Notes under the pieces: model-generated | Seen by the model: only the letters and a program-made list of their open reading frames with translations | Databases searched by the model: none | What the model was told of the DNA's origin: nothing | Shown here: piece by piece, positions 60,904 through 64,000 of the stretch | Layout: the number at the start of each line of letters is the position of its first letter | Position numbering within the stretch: position 1 is the first letter of the stretch | Program-made: the position numbers and the translations under genes | Origin: a virus | Reading direction: 5' to 3' (one strand) | IMG/VR virus record: IMGVR_UViG_3300046453_000063 | Location: 99,995 to 163,994 of that record | DNA: 64,000 bases

Positions 60904-61206
60904 ATGAATATGAAAGTATTTCGAGTAAACGATTGTGATTGTGTGGTAGCCGAGACCCCAAAAGAAGCTCAAGAATGGTATATGAAAGAGTATCGAACTC
61001 AAGCAGACGAATGTGACGGAGCAGATGAAGTTGCTTGGGATAGTGAAATGTGGGTTGATATTAACGATGTTGCAGAAGAGGAAAGAAAAAATATAAAAGA
61101 GGTCAGCGATAATGGTGAACTTGCTTCAATGACGTATGAATGGGTGTATACAAAACTTTATCAAGACAGAGAAGTGCCATTTCATATTTCTAGTACAGAG
61201 TTTTAA
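60904..61206 (+). CDS. Hypothetical acidic protein
   Basis: AAGGAG RBS; MKVF..NDCD.V.A...PF.ISSTE. Confidence 0.65.
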   Translation: MNMKVFRVNDCDCVVAETPKEAQEWYMKEYRTQADECDGADEVAWDSEMWVDINDVAEEERKNIKEVSDNGELASMTYEWVYTKLYQDREVPFHISSTEF

Positions 61207-61382
61207 AGGGGATCAAAAAATGAGCGATATGAATATAAAGGTTAATGGGAATGCTTCATCAAGAACCTCAAAGCGCTATCTGGAAATCTTAATCAGGTCA
61301 ATCGAAAACTGTGTTGCGTTGGAAAAGACACTAAAGAAATAATACATAAAATTGTGACTTTAAGCAGAGAGGAAAGATTCAA

Positions 61383-61760
61383 ATGTGTAAACATGGAACT
61401 TATATTGATGTAGAAGTCATCAACAAGCAAAATGGTCGGGTGGTTAAAATTGATGCATGTATTGCAGATGAAATTCAAACACTCAATAATTTGGGTGTTG
61501 TAACTTTAGGATGCTGTTGCGGTCACGGTAATGCTGGCAAGATTATCGAGTGGGCGAATGGCTTTGGGGAGTGGAAGGGGCATGATTATCCGCCACATAC
61601 GTTGATAGATCAGAAGAGTATTGAAGATGTGAAAGAGTTGGGATATCGTCCGTTCCCCTACTATTATGCGGATGGAGAACATAATGGAGTATGGCAGATG
61701 TATCTAAAAACAGGGTGTGTTACCGAAGAAGATGTTGAGGGATGGCATAATAGAAAGTGA
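61383..61760 (+). CDS. Hypothetical protein (ID.CIA...CCCGHG family)
   Basis: IDACIADEIQTLN..GVVTLGCCCGHG. Confidence 0.65.
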   Translation: MCKHGTYIDVEVINKQNGRVVKIDACIADEIQTLNNLGVVTLGCCCGHGNAGKIIEWANGFGEWKGHDYPPHTLIDQKSIEDVKELGYRPFPYYYADGEHNGVWQMYLKTGCVTEEDVEGWHNRK

Positions 61761-61782
61761 TTGTATATTGTATTTTAATAAA

Positions 61783-61804
61783 AAAGACCTCATTGAGAGG
61801 TCTT
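61783..61804. terminator. Terminator between convergent genes
   Basis: AAGACCTC-ATTGA-GAGGTCTT. Confidence 0.65.
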
Positions 61805-61814
61805 AGGTTATCGA

Positions 61815-62177
61815 TTATAGGGCATTTACGAAGTCTTCAAGTTCCTGGAGAGAAGGAGCGACCTTGTAAAAGAATATCCCATTGCCATCTGCCATCTGTA
61901 CTTCTTTCCATGGAGCACTTTCATACATCATTGCAATTGCCAATGGATCACCTTCCTTACGAAATCTTACTCTGTCAGGCTGGGTGATACATAGATAAGA
62001 CTTACCACTTTCGTGAGCTAGAGTCATAAATAGTGAATATTTCCCTTGTGTGCCAAGTATGGCAAGATTGGCAGGATAGAATACAGTGTTGCCGCATGGA
62101 GTTGGCAGAGAGATCATATCTCTGACTTGCTGACTTGGAGGAAGATTACCTTGATTCACAATAATACCCTCTTTCAT
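61815..62177 (-). CDS. Hypothetical protein, antisense moron
   Basis: 120-aa ORF against the prevailing strand, ending at a terminator. Confidence 0.65.
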   Translation of the reverse strand: MKEGIIVNQGNLPPSQQVRDMISLPTPCGNTVFYPANLAILGTQGKYSLFMTLAHESGKSYLCITQPDRVRFRKEGDPLAIAMMYESAPWKEVQMADGNGIFFYKVAPSLQELEDFVNAL

Positions 62178-62270
62178 TTTTTGGTAAATAGAGTATATAT
62201 GGAAATGAGAGTAAAGTAAATATATTTAATTTTAAACAAAATCTAAACTTAATAAGAATGGGAGACAATA

Positions 62271-63338
62271 ATGTATAACGAACCTGATTACTATGACTAT
62301 GAGCACGAACCATCAGAAATTGAAAATGTGTTTACATCTATAGTTGATGCTGAAGTAAACAAACGCACATCAAAGTATTTTGAAAAAATGAAACAACTTG
62401 AAGAACAACATGAAAAAGATGTGCTTCGAGTGCTGGAATTGGCAAACGAAAGAGATGAGTTGAAAAAGACTCATAAACAAGGCGAAGCATTTAGTGTATT
62501 TAAGTCACAGATTAATGATAAAAATATTGAGAATGTGTGTTCATTCCTGAATCTTGAAAAAATCAACATTGATTTTAGCGGAATGCATAGCGATCAAATT
62601 CCAGCGTGGTTCAGATTGGTTGCCAAGCACTATCCAGATCGTGATAAAGTTTTCTCTCTCCTGGATTTGTTTGAGATCAATTATCCCGATTGGGCTAAAA
62701 CATTCAAGATGCCGTTTGATTATGGTGAAGAAGAGCTTGATTTAATCTTTTCAAAGATCGGAAGGATGTACGTTTGCAATAGTTGTATCTTCAGCGACAA
62801 TATGGGATTCTTTTATACTTACTATTCAAGACATAAGAATCTTAATACATTGTTTGAAAGAGAATCTTCTGTTGAAATTCCATGGAACCTGTTTCTACAA
62901 AACAAACTTTTGGCAACAGAAAAGTATTTTGCAAGAATCATTGAATCGTTAAAACGAAAAGAAAGTCGTTCTGATTATTTTTATAAGATTCAAGATTATC
63001 AAGAGTTGTCTCCAGAACAAGCAGAAAGAATGTTTGATTTTCTGCCAATGAATAATTTATATGATATTCATAAAAGATTCATTGAGCTTAACAATGATAT
63101 TGTTAAAAAGAAACCAGAATTAGCGATTATATATAAAGACAAAATGAGTGACAATCAATACTCAAGCTTTTATTATTTGAACTTCCCTATTGAGATGCAA
63201 AAAGACTTTATCAGAAATTACAGAGGGATGGGGAGATATGAGTCTAAATTTGATCTTGTAAAAAAGATGAATATCTCAAAGAAAGAAAAATTAGCATTTC
63301 TACAAGAGATTAATGAACAAATGTTGCGAGAAAAATAA
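62271..63338 (+). CDS. Hypothetical protein
   Basis: 355 aa; GGGAG RBS. Confidence 0.75.
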   Translation: MYNEPDYYDYEHEPSEIENVFTSIVDAEVNKRTSKYFEKMKQLEEQHEKDVLRVLELANERDELKKTHKQGEAFSVFKSQINDKNIENVCSFLNLEKINIDFSGMHSDQIPAWFRLVAKHYPDRDKVFSLLDLFEINYPDWAKTFKMPFDYGEEELDLIFSKIGRMYVCNSCIFSDNMGFFYTYYSRHKNLNTLFERESSVEIPWNLFLQNKLLATEKYFARIIESLKRKESRSDYFYKIQDYQELSPEQAERMFDFLPMNNLYDIHKRFIELNNDIVKKKPELAIIYKDKMSDNQYSSFYYLNFPIEMQKDFIRNYRGMGRYESKFDLVKKMNISKKEKLAFLQEINEQMLREK

Positions 63339-63429
63339 ACTTCATAAAAGATAGGTTTTATCAAGTTTTTCGGGTGTTCTTAAGTAAGAAAACAAGAGTA
63401 TTCAAGAGTAAAATAGAGAATAAGGGAGA

Positions 63430-63963
63430 TTGAATATACATATGCCATCACTTTACCAACTTTCGGAGAAATATAAGTTTTTGAATGAATATGTTGACGC
63501 TGCACTTAGTAATGAGGAAATTGAAGAAGATGATCTTCAAGCCTATAAAGATACTTTGGAATTTATCGAAGATGAAATTGATACCAAGTCAGAAAACATT
63601 GTTAAATTCATTACAAATTTGAATGGCGACATTGCTGCCTATAAAACAGAAGAAGAACGACTAGCCAAGAAGCGTAAATATCTTGAAAATAAACAAAAAT
63701 GGCTGAAGGAATATCTGCAAGGATTCTTGGAATTGAATAACATTGACACGGTAAATGCAGGAACATTTAAAATTAAATTATGTAAAACTAATCCATCTGC
63801 CGATGTTTTGGATGAAAATAAAGTGCCGGATAAATACAAAGTCAAGCAGCCAGATAAAATTGATAAGAAACTTTTGCTTGCTGATTTGAAGAAATTACAA
63901 GAGGGAGAGGTTATTGAGGGAGCAACATTAATTAGCGACAAGAAGCACATTAAAATTTCATAG
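63430..63963 (+). CDS. Siphovirus Gp157-family protein
   Basis: SLYQL...K.ENI...EEERLA...LKEYL...IDKK.L...LK...IEGA.L. Confidence 0.85.
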   Translation: MNIHMPSLYQLSEKYKFLNEYVDAALSNEEIEEDDLQAYKDTLEFIEDEIDTKSENIVKFITNLNGDIAAYKTEEERLAKKRKYLENKQKWLKEYLQGFLELNNIDTVNAGTFKIKLCKTNPSADVLDENKVPDKYKVKQPDKIDKKLLLADLKKLQEGEVIEGATLISDKKHIKIS

Positions 63964-64000
63964 ACAAGCTAGAATTTTTATCAATTATAAACTATAATAT

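Larger units (their letters stand above)
1..64000. mobile_element. SPbeta-like temperate phage/prophage (internal segment)
   Basis: Gene order protease-portal-terminase-yonG/J/K-like-HU-YonO RNAP on the minus strand, divergent from early genes, then yopQ/yopR-like and yorF/yorG-like genes, as recalled for B. subtilis SPbeta. No host housekeeping context or att site in the window. Confidence 0.93.

Overview
This window is a 64-kb internal segment of a large, AT-rich SPbeta-like temperate siphophage or prophage of a Bacillales host; the host genus cannot be determined from sequence alone. Family names are from motif recognition and recalled synteny, not from database searches. 1-14.3 kb (minus strand) is a late head/packaging operon syntenic with SPbeta yonD-E-F-G-J-K-N-O: protease/scaffold, portal, terminase, two free-standing homing-endonuclease-like genes, a metallophosphoesterase, PIN-PhoH, HU and a YonO-type single-subunit RNA polymerase. 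14.6-18.7 kb (+) is a tyrosine recombinase, RecD2 and Rep-like operon followed by four 22-bp-periodic iterons. 18.7-20.3 kb is non-coding with an abrupt G/C skew flip (candidate packaging terminus). 20.4-42.4 kb holds dozens of small early genes driven by strong sigma-A promoters that share one operator-like motif; these include an LPD29 polyvalent protein, a candidate anti-CRISPR operon (small ORF plus Cas8c/Cas11-like-HTH fusion) and a DUF262 gene with a premature stop. 42.8-51 kb is the control region: an orphan MazF, an XRE regulator, YopQ-like and YopR/MrpR-like repressor genes, then a kinase-less Agr-like cyclic-peptide communication module (multi-TM protein, AgrB, unannotated 44-aa AgrD, stand-alone LytTR) followed by a LexA-boxed promoter. 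No arbitrium aimR/aimP is seen in the window. 51.7-64 kb carries SSB-like proteins, a Sak4-like ATPase, a 3D-domain protein, guanylate kinase, Gp157 and many small ORFs. About 25 palindromic RTRAAA-N6-TTTYAT sites mark the boundaries between accessory genes. No rRNA, tRNA or CRISPR array was found.
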